A stretch of DNA of 48,251 bases from Actinomycetota bacterium (lineage in GTDB: Bacteria > Actinomycetota > Actinomycetes > Actinomycetales > Microbacteriaceae): the NCBI GenBank assembly GCA_041191625.1, contig JBEEON010000030.1, forward strand, positions 1 to 48,251. The letters run 5' to 3'. Made by a program: the position numbers and the translations under genes. Of the stretch, positions 1 to 8,642 are shown piece after piece; position 1 is the first letter of the stretch, and each line of letters opens with the position of its first letter. The notes beneath the pieces are model-generated. The model worked only from the letters and a program-made list of their open reading frames with translations, had not been told where the DNA came from and ran no database searches.

Positions 1-2
1 TT

Positions 3-959
3 GCGCCGGCTCTGGCCGCCGGTAACTCCGTGGTACTCAAGCCTGCGCGGGCAACACCGCTGACGGCATTGGCAATTGCCCAGTGCTTTGTGGACGCGGG
101 ACTTCCCGAGGGAGTGCTCAACGTGGTAACAGGCCAGGGCGGGGTCCTGGGTGGGGCACTCGTATCCGATAGTCGGGTGCGCAAAATTTCGTTCACCGGC
201 TCCACCGCTGTGGGGGAACACATTGCAGCCTCTGCTGGAATCAAAAAACTCTCGCTCGAGCTTGGCGCATCGGGTCCTGTGATTGTCGCGGCGGACGCCG
301 ATATCGAGGCGGCGGCAACATCGATCGCATTGGGCGGTTATATCAACGCCGGTCAGGTGTGTATCTCGGCCCAGCGCATCATCGTTGACGAATCAATCCA
401 CGACGACTTTGTCGCAGCCCTGACCCCGAAAGTGGAGGCAATCCGTGTTGGCGACCCGTTCGCAGACGGCACCATGGTCGGGTGCCTAATCAATCGCGGC
501 GAAGCCGATCGTGTCAGGCAGGCATTGGACGACGCGGTGACGTCAGGTGCGCGACTCGTCACGGGCGGTGAACAAGACGGTGCTGTTATCGCACCCGCGA
601 TTGTCACAAATGTTGACCCCCTGTCATCGCTGGCGCAGGACGAATTATTCGGCCCCGCAGTGGCAATCAGCACGTCCGAAAACTTCGGGCACGCCATCCA
701 TCTCGCAAACTCGACCGCCTACGGTCTGGGTGCGGGTGTGTTCACGAACAACACGAGCAACTCGATTCGTGCAATGCGAGAAATTGAATCCGGCGTAATT
801 CACATCAACTGGACTCAGTTGTGGCGCGCAGATTTGATGCCCTATGGCGGACTCAAATCCAGCGGGATTGGCAAAGAAGGCCCACGTTCAGCCGTCGAAG
901 AAATGACGGAAATCAAAACCATCATCATGCACGGTACGCCGTGGGAAACCACCAGTTAG
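3..959 (+). CDS. Aldehyde dehydrogenase family protein (5' truncated by window edge)
   Basis: Frame is open from position 3 (APALAAGNSVVLKP). Motifs FTGST, LELG (catalytic Glu), GQVCIS (catalytic Cys), ELFGP, PYGGLKSSGIGKEG. Confidence 0.93.
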   Translation, partial: APALAAGNSVVLKPARATPLTALAIAQCFVDAGLPEGVLNVVTGQGGVLGGALVSDSRVRKISFTGSTAVGEHIAASAGIKKLSLELGASGPVIVAADADIEAAATSIALGGYINAGQVCISAQRIIVDESIHDDFVAALTPKVEAIRVGDPFADGTMVGCLINRGEADRVRQALDDAVTSGARLVTGGEQDGAVIAPAIVTNVDPLSSLAQDELFGPAVAISTSENFGHAIHLANSTAYGLGAGVFTNNTSNSIRAMREIESGVIHINWTQLWRADLMPYGGLKSSGIGKEGPRSAVEEMTEIKTIIMHGTPWETTS

Positions 960-970
960 GAGAGCCCAGA

Positions 971-2926
971 ATGACCGAGCACAACACCGTCAGGATGACA
1001 GTCGCGCAGGCAGTCGTCAAATACATCGCCGCACAGTACTCCGTAGCCGATGGCGTGAGGCGCCGATTCGTTCCGGCGTCACTCGGAATTTTTGGCCACG
1101 GCAATGTTGCCGGATTGGGGCAAGCACTGGACCAGTTCAGCGACGAACTTCCGTTTGTGCAGGGGCGAAATGAGCAAAGTCTCGCCCACGCGGCGATCGC
1201 TTTCGCAAAGGCAACCAAGCGACAGCAGGTGCTTGCTGTAACTGCGTCCATCGGCCCCGGCGCACTCAACATGGTCACCGCGGCGGGTCTCGCCACGGTT
1301 AACCGTTTGCCTGTCCTGTTGCTTCCCGGAGATATTTATGCAACGCGCAGACAGGGCCCCGTGCTGCAACAGTTGGAAAACCCGGCAGCGCCGGACATGT
1401 CGGTCAATGACGCATTTCGACCGGTTTCCAGGTTCTTTGACCGCATCACCCGACCCGAACAGCTGCTGACGAGCCTTCCACAGGCATTCCGGGTTCTCGC
1501 GAACCCTGTTGAAACTGGCGCAGTGGTTATCTCGTTGCCGCAGGATGTGCAATCGCATGCCTATGACTTCCCGGTCAAATTCTTTGAACCTCGGGATTGG
1601 AAAATACGTCGTCCCGAACCCGAAGCGGATGATGTTCGCGCAGTTGCCGAGATCATTCGAACTGCACGCAAACCCATCATCATTGCGGGCGGCGGCGTTA
1701 TTTATTCACAAGCCACGGCCGAACTGGAAGCCCTCGCAGAGATGACAGGAATTCCCGTGGCGGAAACATTTGGCGGCAAGGGAGCCATCCAGAATCCGGG
1801 CGACTGGCACGTGTGGGGAATCGGGCTCGAAGGTTCGCCACAGACGAACCGCCTCGTGGAAAAAGCCGACGTCGTTCTGCATGTCGGCACCCGTCTGACG
1901 GACTTCACCACCGCGTCACAGTCAATCTTCCAGAACCCAGACGTGCGGTTTGTGTCGCTGAACGTCAGCGAATTCGACGGCGTCAAACAGGGTGCTACCA
2001 CCATTGTTGCGGATGCACAGCTGGGACTTGATGCGTTGCGGGACGAGCTCACCGGTTACAGGGTCCCACAAGCATGGTGTGACGAAGTTCGGGAACGTCA
2101 GGCCGCATGGCTGGTGGAGCGCAACGTTGCGATCGATCCCGATGTGCATTTCGACAAGCAACCGATTCATGATCCTGATGGCACCGACGCGGTGCTGACA
2201 CAGGGGCAGATGCTGGGAATCTTGCAGGAACACGCACGCGACGGCGACACAATTATTGCTGGCGCGGGAGGACCTCCCGGCGATGTTCAAAAGGTGTGGG
2301 ACGCCACGGGTGGGCGCTATGCGCATCTCGAGTTTGGTTTTTCGTGCATGGGCTACGAACTTCCCGCAGCAATTGGTGTCCGTTTCGCAGACCCCAACCC
2401 GAATCATCGAGTAACGACATTTATCGGTGATGGCACCTTCTTGATGGCGCCAACCGAACTGGTGACCGCGGCACAGGAAAACCTTCCCCTGACGATCGTT
2501 GTCTCGGAAAACCACGGATACCAAGTGATTCGTCGTCTGCAAATGTGGCGAGTTGGCCATAATTTCGGAAATGAGTTCCGGTACAGGGAAGCCGGCGATG
2601 ATGTTGTCACCGCGGCACAATCCACGACAGAATCCCCACGGCTCGAGGGCTCGTATCTGTCGGTCGATTTGGTGTCGATTGCACAGGGTCTGGGAGCGCA
2701 CGCACAGCGGGTGCGCACCGCCGATGAATTCCGTAACGCCCTGAATTCAACGCGTGACGCAGAAGGGCCCGTGGTGATTGTGGTGGCGACAATTCCCCAC
2801 GCAAACCTTCCCGCATCCGAGGTGTGGTGGGATGTCGAGCCGGCACAGGTTTCGGATGAACCGTGGCTCGTCGATGTGCGCGAGGATTACACGGCTGGTC
2901 GCGTCAACCAACGTTGGCATGGTTGA
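971..2926 (+). CDS. iolD: 3D-(3,5/4)-trihydroxycyclohexane-1,2-dione acylhydrolase (ThDP-dependent)
   Basis: IolD-type motifs GIFGHGNVAGLGQAL, RNEQ, SIGPGALNMVT, PVLQQLE, HLEFGFSCMGYE and the ThDP GDG motif. Start set at ATG 971 after AGGAG, not at 821. Confidence 0.93.
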   Translation: MTEHNTVRMTVAQAVVKYIAAQYSVADGVRRRFVPASLGIFGHGNVAGLGQALDQFSDELPFVQGRNEQSLAHAAIAFAKATKRQQVLAVTASIGPGALNMVTAAGLATVNRLPVLLLPGDIYATRRQGPVLQQLENPAAPDMSVNDAFRPVSRFFDRITRPEQLLTSLPQAFRVLANPVETGAVVISLPQDVQSHAYDFPVKFFEPRDWKIRRPEPEADDVRAVAEIIRTARKPIIIAGGGVIYSQATAELEALAEMTGIPVAETFGGKGAIQNPGDWHVWGIGLEGSPQTNRLVEKADVVLHVGTRLTDFTTASQSIFQNPDVRFVSLNVSEFDGVKQGATTIVADAQLGLDALRDELTGYRVPQAWCDEVRERQAAWLVERNVAIDPDVHFDKQPIHDPDGTDAVLTQGQMLGILQEHARDGDTIIAGAGGPPGDVQKVWDATGGRYAHLEFGFSCMGYELPAAIGVRFADPNPNHRVTTFIGDGTFLMAPTELVTAAQENLPLTIVVSENHGYQVIRRLQMWRVGHNFGNEFRYREAGDDVVTAAQSTTESPRLEGSYLSVDLVSIAQGLGAHAQRVRTADEFRNALNSTRDAEGPVVIVVATIPHANLPASEVWWDVEPAQVSDEPWLVDVREDYTAGRVNQRWHG

Positions 2927-3704
2927 GATGAAATCGCCGTTGGACCACGGAGCCTTGAGGGAAAGGTTGCGCACTGGCGCCGCAACCTGGGGAACCTTCT
3001 TGGGTCTGGGCGCGCCAATCGCCGCCGAAATTGCCGCCGCTGCGGGAATGGATTGGGTGTTGCTCGATCTGGAACACGGCGCCGGCGGTGAAGAACAGGT
3101 GTATCCGACTATTGCGGCAACGGGTGGCTACGGAGTTCCCACCGTGGTGCGGGTCGAAAGCGACGATCGAATTCGCATTGGCCGAGTGCTCGACGCTGGC
3201 GCCGCCGGTGTGATGGTGCCTCGTGTGGAATCCGCAGAGCAGGTCCGGAACATTGTCGCCAGTTTTCATTTTCCGCCCACAGGGCATCGGGGCGTCGCGA
3301 GTTACAACCGCGCTGCACAGTGGGGATTGGATCCCGCTGCACTCACGTCACCGAGTTCCGCCACCGTCATCATCCAAATCGAAACGCGCGGAGCTCTCGA
3401 ACATGTCACCGAAATTGCGGCCACGCCCGGTGTCGACGTGTTGTTTGTGGGCCCACTCGATCTGAGTTTCGCGCTGGGTGTTCCCCGTGATTTCGAATCC
3501 GAAACGTTCACGGCGGCGTTGCGCACGGTTGTCACGGCGGCACACAACAACGGGGTTGTTGCAGGAATTCTTGCTCCCACTCCCGCAGCCGCCCGTCGAT
3601 ACCGTGCCCTGGGTTTCACTTTTATCGCATTAGCCTCGGACTCAGTGCTGTTGGCAAATATCATCACGTCGTCACTCGCCGAACTACAGGAAGAACAATC
3701 ATGA
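2919..3704 (+). CDS. HpcH/HpaI family class II aldolase
   Basis: DWVLLDLEHG, VRV, LDAGAAGVMVP, IQIET, FVGPLDLS. ATG 2919 overlaps the iolD stop; alternative start 2928. Confidence 0.88.
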   Translation: MVEMKSPLDHGALRERLRTGAATWGTFLGLGAPIAAEIAAAAGMDWVLLDLEHGAGGEEQVYPTIAATGGYGVPTVVRVESDDRIRIGRVLDAGAAGVMVPRVESAEQVRNIVASFHFPPTGHRGVASYNRAAQWGLDPAALTSPSSATVIIQIETRGALEHVTEIAATPGVDVLFVGPLDLSFALGVPRDFESETFTAALRTVVTAAHNNGVVAGILAPTPAAARRYRALGFTFIALASDSVLLANIITSSLAELQEEQS

Positions 3705-4912
3705 CCGAAATCACACAAACCGTTGGAGTTGGCCTCATCAGCGTGGGCTGGATGGGTAAAGTCCACAGCCGCGCCTATCAATCAATCCCCGTTGTGTACC
3801 CCGAACTGGGAATTACTCCCCGACTGGTCATCGCCGCGGACACCGAGCCTTCCCGTGCCGACTATGCCCGCAATGTTCTGGGCTTCGCCGAATCAACGCT
3901 GGATTATCACGAAGTGCTCGCACACCCCGATGTCGATGTCGTGTCGATTTGTGCACCCAACTTCCTGCACGCCGAAATTGGTATCGCCGCCGCCCGCGCG
4001 GGCAAGGCCTTCTGGATCGAGAAGCCTGTCGGTCGTGGGGTCGACGAAACCGAGTCTGTCGAGGCGGCAGCTGTCGAGGCGGGGGTCGTCACAAGCATCG
4101 GGTTCAACTATCGTCACGCACCCGCGATCGAAAAGGCCAAGGCACTGATTGCCGATGGTTCACTGGGGCGAATCACCAACATCCGCGGAACATTTTTTGC
4201 GGACTATTCCGCCGAGCCCAACGGCGCTCTGTCGTGGCGTTTCAACCGAAAGCTCGCCGGCAGCGGGGTGTTGGGCGATCTCATGGGCCACCTCGCTGAC
4301 CTCGTGCAGTACATGCTGGGACCCGTGTCCGATGTCACCGGCATGACGTCGACCGTTCACACTCACCGACCCATCCAAAAAATGGGCACCGGAACGCACT
4401 TTGATGTCATCGAGGGTGGAGAAATGGGCCCCGTCGAGAACGAAGACTATGCGGGAATGCTCGTTCGTTTTGGCCCCAACGCCGTCGCCGCAGGTGCGGT
4501 CGGAACGCTCGAAGCCTCACGCGTCGCCGTCGGCCCACGCGCCTCGTACAACGTCGAAATTTATGGCACCGAAGGCTCGCTCATGTGGGACTTTGAACGC
4601 ATGAACGAACTTCAGGTCGCCATCGGACGCAAGGGCGACCTCGTCGGCTACCAGCGCGTCATGGCAGGCCCCGGTTTCGGTGACTTCTCGCACTTCCAGC
4701 CCGGAGCGGGTACGGGAATGGGATTCGATGACCTCAAAGTCGTCGAGGCGCGCAAATTCCTCGAATCCTATGTCGGCGCACGCCACCTGAATTCGAACAT
4801 CCACGATGCTGTTGCCGCAGCAAAAATCGTTGATGCCGCGGAAAAGTCCGCTGAAACCGGCCAGTGGATTGCGATCACACCCACGGCTGGTGTGACTGCG
4901 GCGATTCGATAG
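3701..4912 (+). CDS. Gfo/Idh/MocA oxidoreductase (inositol dehydrogenase-like)
   Basis: N-terminal Rossmann fold, WIEKPVG motif, GFNYR, SGVLGDLMGH. ATGA overlap with the aldolase; iol context. Confidence 0.9.
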   Translation: MTEITQTVGVGLISVGWMGKVHSRAYQSIPVVYPELGITPRLVIAADTEPSRADYARNVLGFAESTLDYHEVLAHPDVDVVSICAPNFLHAEIGIAAARAGKAFWIEKPVGRGVDETESVEAAAVEAGVVTSIGFNYRHAPAIEKAKALIADGSLGRITNIRGTFFADYSAEPNGALSWRFNRKLAGSGVLGDLMGHLADLVQYMLGPVSDVTGMTSTVHTHRPIQKMGTGTHFDVIEGGEMGPVENEDYAGMLVRFGPNAVAAGAVGTLEASRVAVGPRASYNVEIYGTEGSLMWDFERMNELQVAIGRKGDLVGYQRVMAGPGFGDFSHFQPGAGTGMGFDDLKVVEARKFLESYVGARHLNSNIHDAVAAAKIVDAAEKSAETGQWIAITPTAGVTAAIR

Positions 4913-4919
4913 GCGTTCC

Positions 4920-5846
4920 ATGTCCGTTGTTGTTGCCCTGGGGCCCGTCGACCACGAGGTAGTTCGTGCAGTGCTCGGGCCCGGGCACCAACTCGTCACG
5001 GAGCCTACCGAGGCGGACCTTGCGTCGGCTAGTGCCGCGATAGTCCGGGCCCATATCACCGTCGACGGTCCGATGCTCGATCGAATGCCGCAACTGCAGG
5101 TGATTGCCCGTACCGGTGTCGGCACCGAACGTGTGGATGTCATCGAGGCGGCACGACGGGGAATCCCGGTCATTGTCACACCGGGAAGCAACACCAATGC
5201 GGTCGCCGAAGGCGCTCTCACCTTGGGGCTGCATTTGATAAAGCATGTATCTTTCATGCACAACGCGGTGGCGAGTGGCGAATGGGAATCGAGGACCCGG
5301 GTTGTTCCCGGCGACATTGACGGTGCCGTGTGCGGAATCGTGGGTTGGGGCAGAATCGGCCAGCGACTCGGATCCGTGTTGACGGCCATGGGTGCGACAG
5401 TGATTGCGTTCGACCCATTCGCTGAAATTCCTGATTCCATCCGAGCCGAATCGCTGGATGATGTTTTCACCCGATCCGACTTTGTGTCCTTGCACGCGCC
5501 CCTGACCGCCCATAACCGGCACATGGTCAATGCCGAAACTTTGGACAGGTTTCGACCGGGCGCTGTGCTCGTCAACTGCAGTCGGGGGCCTCTGATTGAC
5601 CTCGACGCGGCACATCTGGCACTGCTGTCCGGACGGCTGGGAGGCCTCGGCCTCGACGTGTTTGACGAAGAACCACCCACCATCCACCCTGTCTTTTCCC
5701 ATCCCAACGTGGTTTTATCGCCGCATGTGTCAGGTCTGAGCGCCCGGGCGGCAACACAAACCTTTCATGACGCAGCAGTGGGAATTGTGGACGTGTTGGA
5801 AGGCCGCACACCCCACGCTGTCGCAAAAGTTGGTGCTGAAGGATGA
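4920..5846 (+). CDS. D-isomer-specific 2-hydroxyacid dehydrogenase (SerA/GhrB-like, no ACT domain)
   Basis: ARTGVG, AVAE, GIVGWGRIG, NCSRG, LDVFDEEP, SPHVSG. Confidence 0.9.
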   Translation: MSVVVALGPVDHEVVRAVLGPGHQLVTEPTEADLASASAAIVRAHITVDGPMLDRMPQLQVIARTGVGTERVDVIEAARRGIPVIVTPGSNTNAVAEGALTLGLHLIKHVSFMHNAVASGEWESRTRVVPGDIDGAVCGIVGWGRIGQRLGSVLTAMGATVIAFDPFAEIPDSIRAESLDDVFTRSDFVSLHAPLTAHNRHMVNAETLDRFRPGAVLVNCSRGPLIDLDAAHLALLSGRLGGLGLDVFDEEPPTIHPVFSHPNVVLSPHVSGLSARAATQTFHDAAVGIVDVLEGRTPHAVAKVGAEG

Positions 5847-6829
5847 CGTCCCCACCTCAGACCACGTCACCCAAAGTTGTTGCGGTCACCGGATCGACGG
5901 GATTTGTCGGCAGCAACATCGCGGCCATGCTGAAGGCATACGGCCACACCGTCAAAGGTTTGGGACGCACCGAACGTCATGATGCCCCGTGGCCCATCAG
6001 TGAGGTCGATTTTTCGTCCGTAGGCGAACTCACGGCAGCGCTTCGCGGCGTAGACGCCGTCGTCCATTGTGCAATCGCAAATGATTTCAATCGTCTGGTC
6101 GCAGACCGAGACTACGCCTACGACAGCTTTGTGGGCATGACGAGCCGTGTTGCTCGGGCAGCCGCTGATTCAGGCGCCCAAATGGTCTACATATCGACGG
6201 ACTGGATCGTCGACGGCACTCAGCATCGCTGCCCAGAAACCGAGCGCGGTAACCCCCTCAACTATTACGGCTTCCTCAAGGCAATGGGCGAGCAGGTTGT
6301 CCGCGACATCAACCCAATCGATGGTGCGGTGTGCCGCATCGCCGGCGTGATGGGTCGACACCAACTTGCAGATGAGGGTCCGCGAACACAAGACGTTGGT
6401 TTCGGATACTTCGTATATTCACTTGTCGAGGCACTTCGTGCTGGGCGCACATTCACGGTGTGGACTGGACCACACGTCAACCACGTGACCACACCGTCCC
6501 TCGCCGCCGAGATTGGCGCCCAAATCGAACGGGTCATCGCGCGCCGTATCGGCGGAACATTGCACCTGGTTGGTGACGATGCGGTCGGCAGGCGAGAGCT
6601 CGCCGAGCTCGTATGTGAGGTTTTCGGACTCGACACGGCCCTGCTGCGTGAAGACCTACCTCCGGAGTCGGAACTTTTCCCCGCCCCCGTACCCGTTGAC
6701 TCGTCGTTGGACAACACGGAGACAAAGAGCGCACTTCGATTGCCCGACACGCCTTTGCGGAAGTTGTTGGACACTTTTCGTCGCGAGCTCGAATCGGGAG
6801 TCCCGCAGGCGATTACGCAACCCGAGTAA
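5843..6829 (+). CDS. Extended SDR, RmlD-like NAD(P)-dependent sugar reductase/epimerase
   Basis: VTGSTGFVG Rossmann motif, YISTD, PLNYYGFLK (YxxxK). ATGA overlap with the upstream gene. Confidence 0.85.
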   Translation: MTSPPQTTSPKVVAVTGSTGFVGSNIAAMLKAYGHTVKGLGRTERHDAPWPISEVDFSSVGELTAALRGVDAVVHCAIANDFNRLVADRDYAYDSFVGMTSRVARAAADSGAQMVYISTDWIVDGTQHRCPETERGNPLNYYGFLKAMGEQVVRDINPIDGAVCRIAGVMGRHQLADEGPRTQDVGFGYFVYSLVEALRAGRTFTVWTGPHVNHVTTPSLAAEIGAQIERVIARRIGGTLHLVGDDAVGRRELAELVCEVFGLDTALLREDLPPESELFPAPVPVDSSLDNTETKSALRLPDTPLRKLLDTFRRELESGVPQAITQPE

Positions 6830-6831
6830 AG

Positions 6832-6860
6832 CAAAAGCCCCCGAAATTCGGGGGCTTTTG
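6832..6860. terminator. Bidirectional intrinsic terminator between the catabolic operon and the tRNA operon
   Basis: Perfect 14-bp inverted repeat CAAAAGCCCCCGAA-A-TTCGGGGGCTTTTG between convergent units. Confidence 0.85.
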
Positions 6861-6865
6861 TACTG

Positions 6866-6938
6866 TGGCTCCGACCGGCATCGATCCGGTGACCTTTCGA
6901 TTTTCAGTCGAACGCTCTACCAACTGAGCTACAGAGCC
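6866..6938 (-). tRNA. tRNA-Phe(GAA)
   Basis: Reverse complement GGCTCTGTAGCTCAGTTGGTAGAGCGTTCGACTGAAAATCGAAAGGTCACCGGATCGATGCCGGTCGGAGCCA folds as a cloverleaf; anticodon GAA; CCA not encoded. Confidence 0.95.
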
Positions 6939-6993
6939 AGGGAGATAAATCCCTAGATGCAAAAACCCCTCGTGAAAGGGGTTGTCGCAACCG

Positions 6994-7067
6994 CGACCCT
7001 GACGGGACTTGAACCCGCGACCTCCGCCGTGACAGGGCGGCACGCTAACCAACTGCGCTACAGGGCC
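6994..7067 (-). tRNA. tRNA-Asp(GTC)
   Basis: Reverse complement GGCCCTGTAGCGCAGTTGGTTAGCGTGCCGCCCTGTCACGGCGGAGGTCGCGGGTTCAAGTCCCGTCAGGGTCG; anticodon GTC. Confidence 0.96.
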
Positions 7068-7094
7068 TTGCTTATTTAATTATTGACCTTGGAG

Positions 7095-7167
7095 TGACCC
7101 CAACGGGATTCGAACCCGTGCTACTGCCGTGAAAGGGCAGCGTCCTAGGCCACTAAACGATGGGGCC
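7095..7167 (-). tRNA. tRNA-Glu(TTC)
   Basis: Reverse complement GGCCCCATCGTTTAGTGGCCTAGGACGCTGCCCTTTCACGGCAGTAGCACGGGTTCGAATCCCGTTGGGGTCA; anticodon TTC. Confidence 0.96.
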
Positions 7168-7196
7168 GTGCCACTGCTTGCGCAGCAACCTTGACG

Positions 7197-7225
7197 AGTT
7201 TACGGTGTTTATTCCCAAAAGGCAA
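7197..7225 (-). promoter_or_regulatory. Sigma-70-type promoter of the tRNA Glu-Asp-Phe operon
   Basis: Minus strand TTGCCT-17 nt-TAAACT, about 30 nt upstream of tRNA-Glu. Confidence 0.7.
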
Positions 7226-7301
7226 ACCGCCCGCCTGACGCAAATTCGGGTGGGCACAGAAATGGCAGGTAATCTGGAACTTCGTGGAGGAAGGGGGCCG
7301 T

Positions 7302-8498
7302 ATGCGCACACATCGAATCGCTGTCGCGGCAACCGCTTTCGCGCTCGCTTCGGGCATGCTGTTGACCCCCACGCTCAGCGACGCCAGCTTCGCCGCCGGC
7401 TACCCCAGCTGGGCCGACGTGCTCGAAGCCCGCAACGATGTGGCGGCCAAGCGTCAGGCAATTGCCCAACTGCAGGCCATCCTGGACGAACTGACCAGCA
7501 CAGCCGAAGCGGCCAACAAGGAGGCACAGCGACTGGGCACAATCTTCCAGGAAGCCCAACAAAAATTTGACGAGGCAGCCTACCGCGCCGACCAGCTGCA
7601 AGCCCAGGCCGATGCGGCCGAGGCCGAAGCCGACGCCTCGAGGCTGCGTGCCGGCCAGTTCATCTCGGAACTCGCCCGTGTCGGTTCGGTCGACCTGTCG
7701 ACCAGCCTGTTGTCGGACGCCTCGGGTGCCGAAGACCTGCTGTCGCGCCTCGGATTTGCGTCGATCATCGCGGAACAGGCCGACGGCATTTACGACCGCG
7801 CCATTCAGGACCAAAACAACGCCCAGTCGCTGAGCGACCAGGCCACCGTGGCACGTGAACTGCGTGAGACCCTGCGCAAGGATGCCGAGAAGGCATTCAG
7901 CGAGGCCCAAGTTGCGGCGCAGGCCGCACAGGCCGCCGTCAACGAGCAGCGCGCCAACGAAGCCACACTCCGCGCACAGCTGGCCACGCTGATCGAAAAC
8001 CGTCGTGCGACCGAGGCCGAATACGAAAAGGGCCTCGAGGAACAGGGCACCGCTGGGCCCGACCTGCCCGCCGGATCCATCTCGGCCTCGGGCTGGGCCA
8101 AGCCCGTCTCGGGCTACATCTCGAGCGCCTATGGTTTCCGCCGCCACCCGATTTCCGGAAACACGGTGTTCCATGCGGGCGTCGATATCGCCTCCAGCTG
8201 TGGCACGCCCGAGTACGCGGCCGCTGCCGGCACCGTCATTTACGCGGGCTGGAACGGCGGTTACGGCAACTTCATCATGATCGACCACGGCAACGGACTC
8301 ACCTCCAGCTATGGGCACATCAAGGATGGCGGCATCCTCGTGAACTACGGTGACCGTGTGTCGGCGGGCACACAAATTGCACAGGTCGGCACCACGGGTG
8401 CCTCGACTGGCTGCCACCTGCACTTCGAGATTCGCCAGAACGGCATCACCACCAACCCCTCGTCCTTCATGTCGGGGCAGGGCATCCGACTGGGCTAA
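7302..8498 (+). CDS. Secreted coiled-coil M23 family peptidoglycan metalloendopeptidase
   Basis: Signal peptide, long Ala/Gln/Glu coiled coil, C-terminal HAGVD (HxxxD), YGH and HLHFE zinc motifs. GGAGG lies upstream of ATG 7302. Confidence 0.9.
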   Translation: MRTHRIAVAATAFALASGMLLTPTLSDASFAAGYPSWADVLEARNDVAAKRQAIAQLQAILDELTSTAEAANKEAQRLGTIFQEAQQKFDEAAYRADQLQAQADAAEAEADASRLRAGQFISELARVGSVDLSTSLLSDASGAEDLLSRLGFASIIAEQADGIYDRAIQDQNNAQSLSDQATVARELRETLRKDAEKAFSEAQVAAQAAQAAVNEQRANEATLRAQLATLIENRRATEAEYEKGLEEQGTAGPDLPAGSISASGWAKPVSGYISSAYGFRRHPISGNTVFHAGVDIASSCGTPEYAAAAGTVIYAGWNGGYGNFIMIDHGNGLTSSYGHIKDGGILVNYGDRVSAGTQIAQVGTTGASTGCHLHFEIRQNGITTNPSSFMSGQGIRLG

Positions 8499-8642
8499 CT
8501 CGTCGGGGAATTGTGCAGCTCACATCTAAAAACGATGCGCGGACGGTAGGTCAATTTCCGACGCCCTCGGCGGAGTAGCATCACAACAGTAGCCAACTGT
8601 GAAGGACAACGCGATGTGCGCACGAACCCCGAAACGATTCTC

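Noticed and set aside
6813-7052. 79-aa minus-strand ORF (and the 3' part of 6513..6956)
   Set aside because: Translations of the tRNA-Asp and tRNA-Phe genes.
7219-7244. GGCAAACC...GACGCAAA resembling a c-di-GMP-I (GEMM) riboswitch upstream of the M23 gene
   Set aside because: The GAAA-capped P2 stem between the two motifs is missing, and AGGCAA is explained as the -35 box of the minus-strand tRNA promoter.
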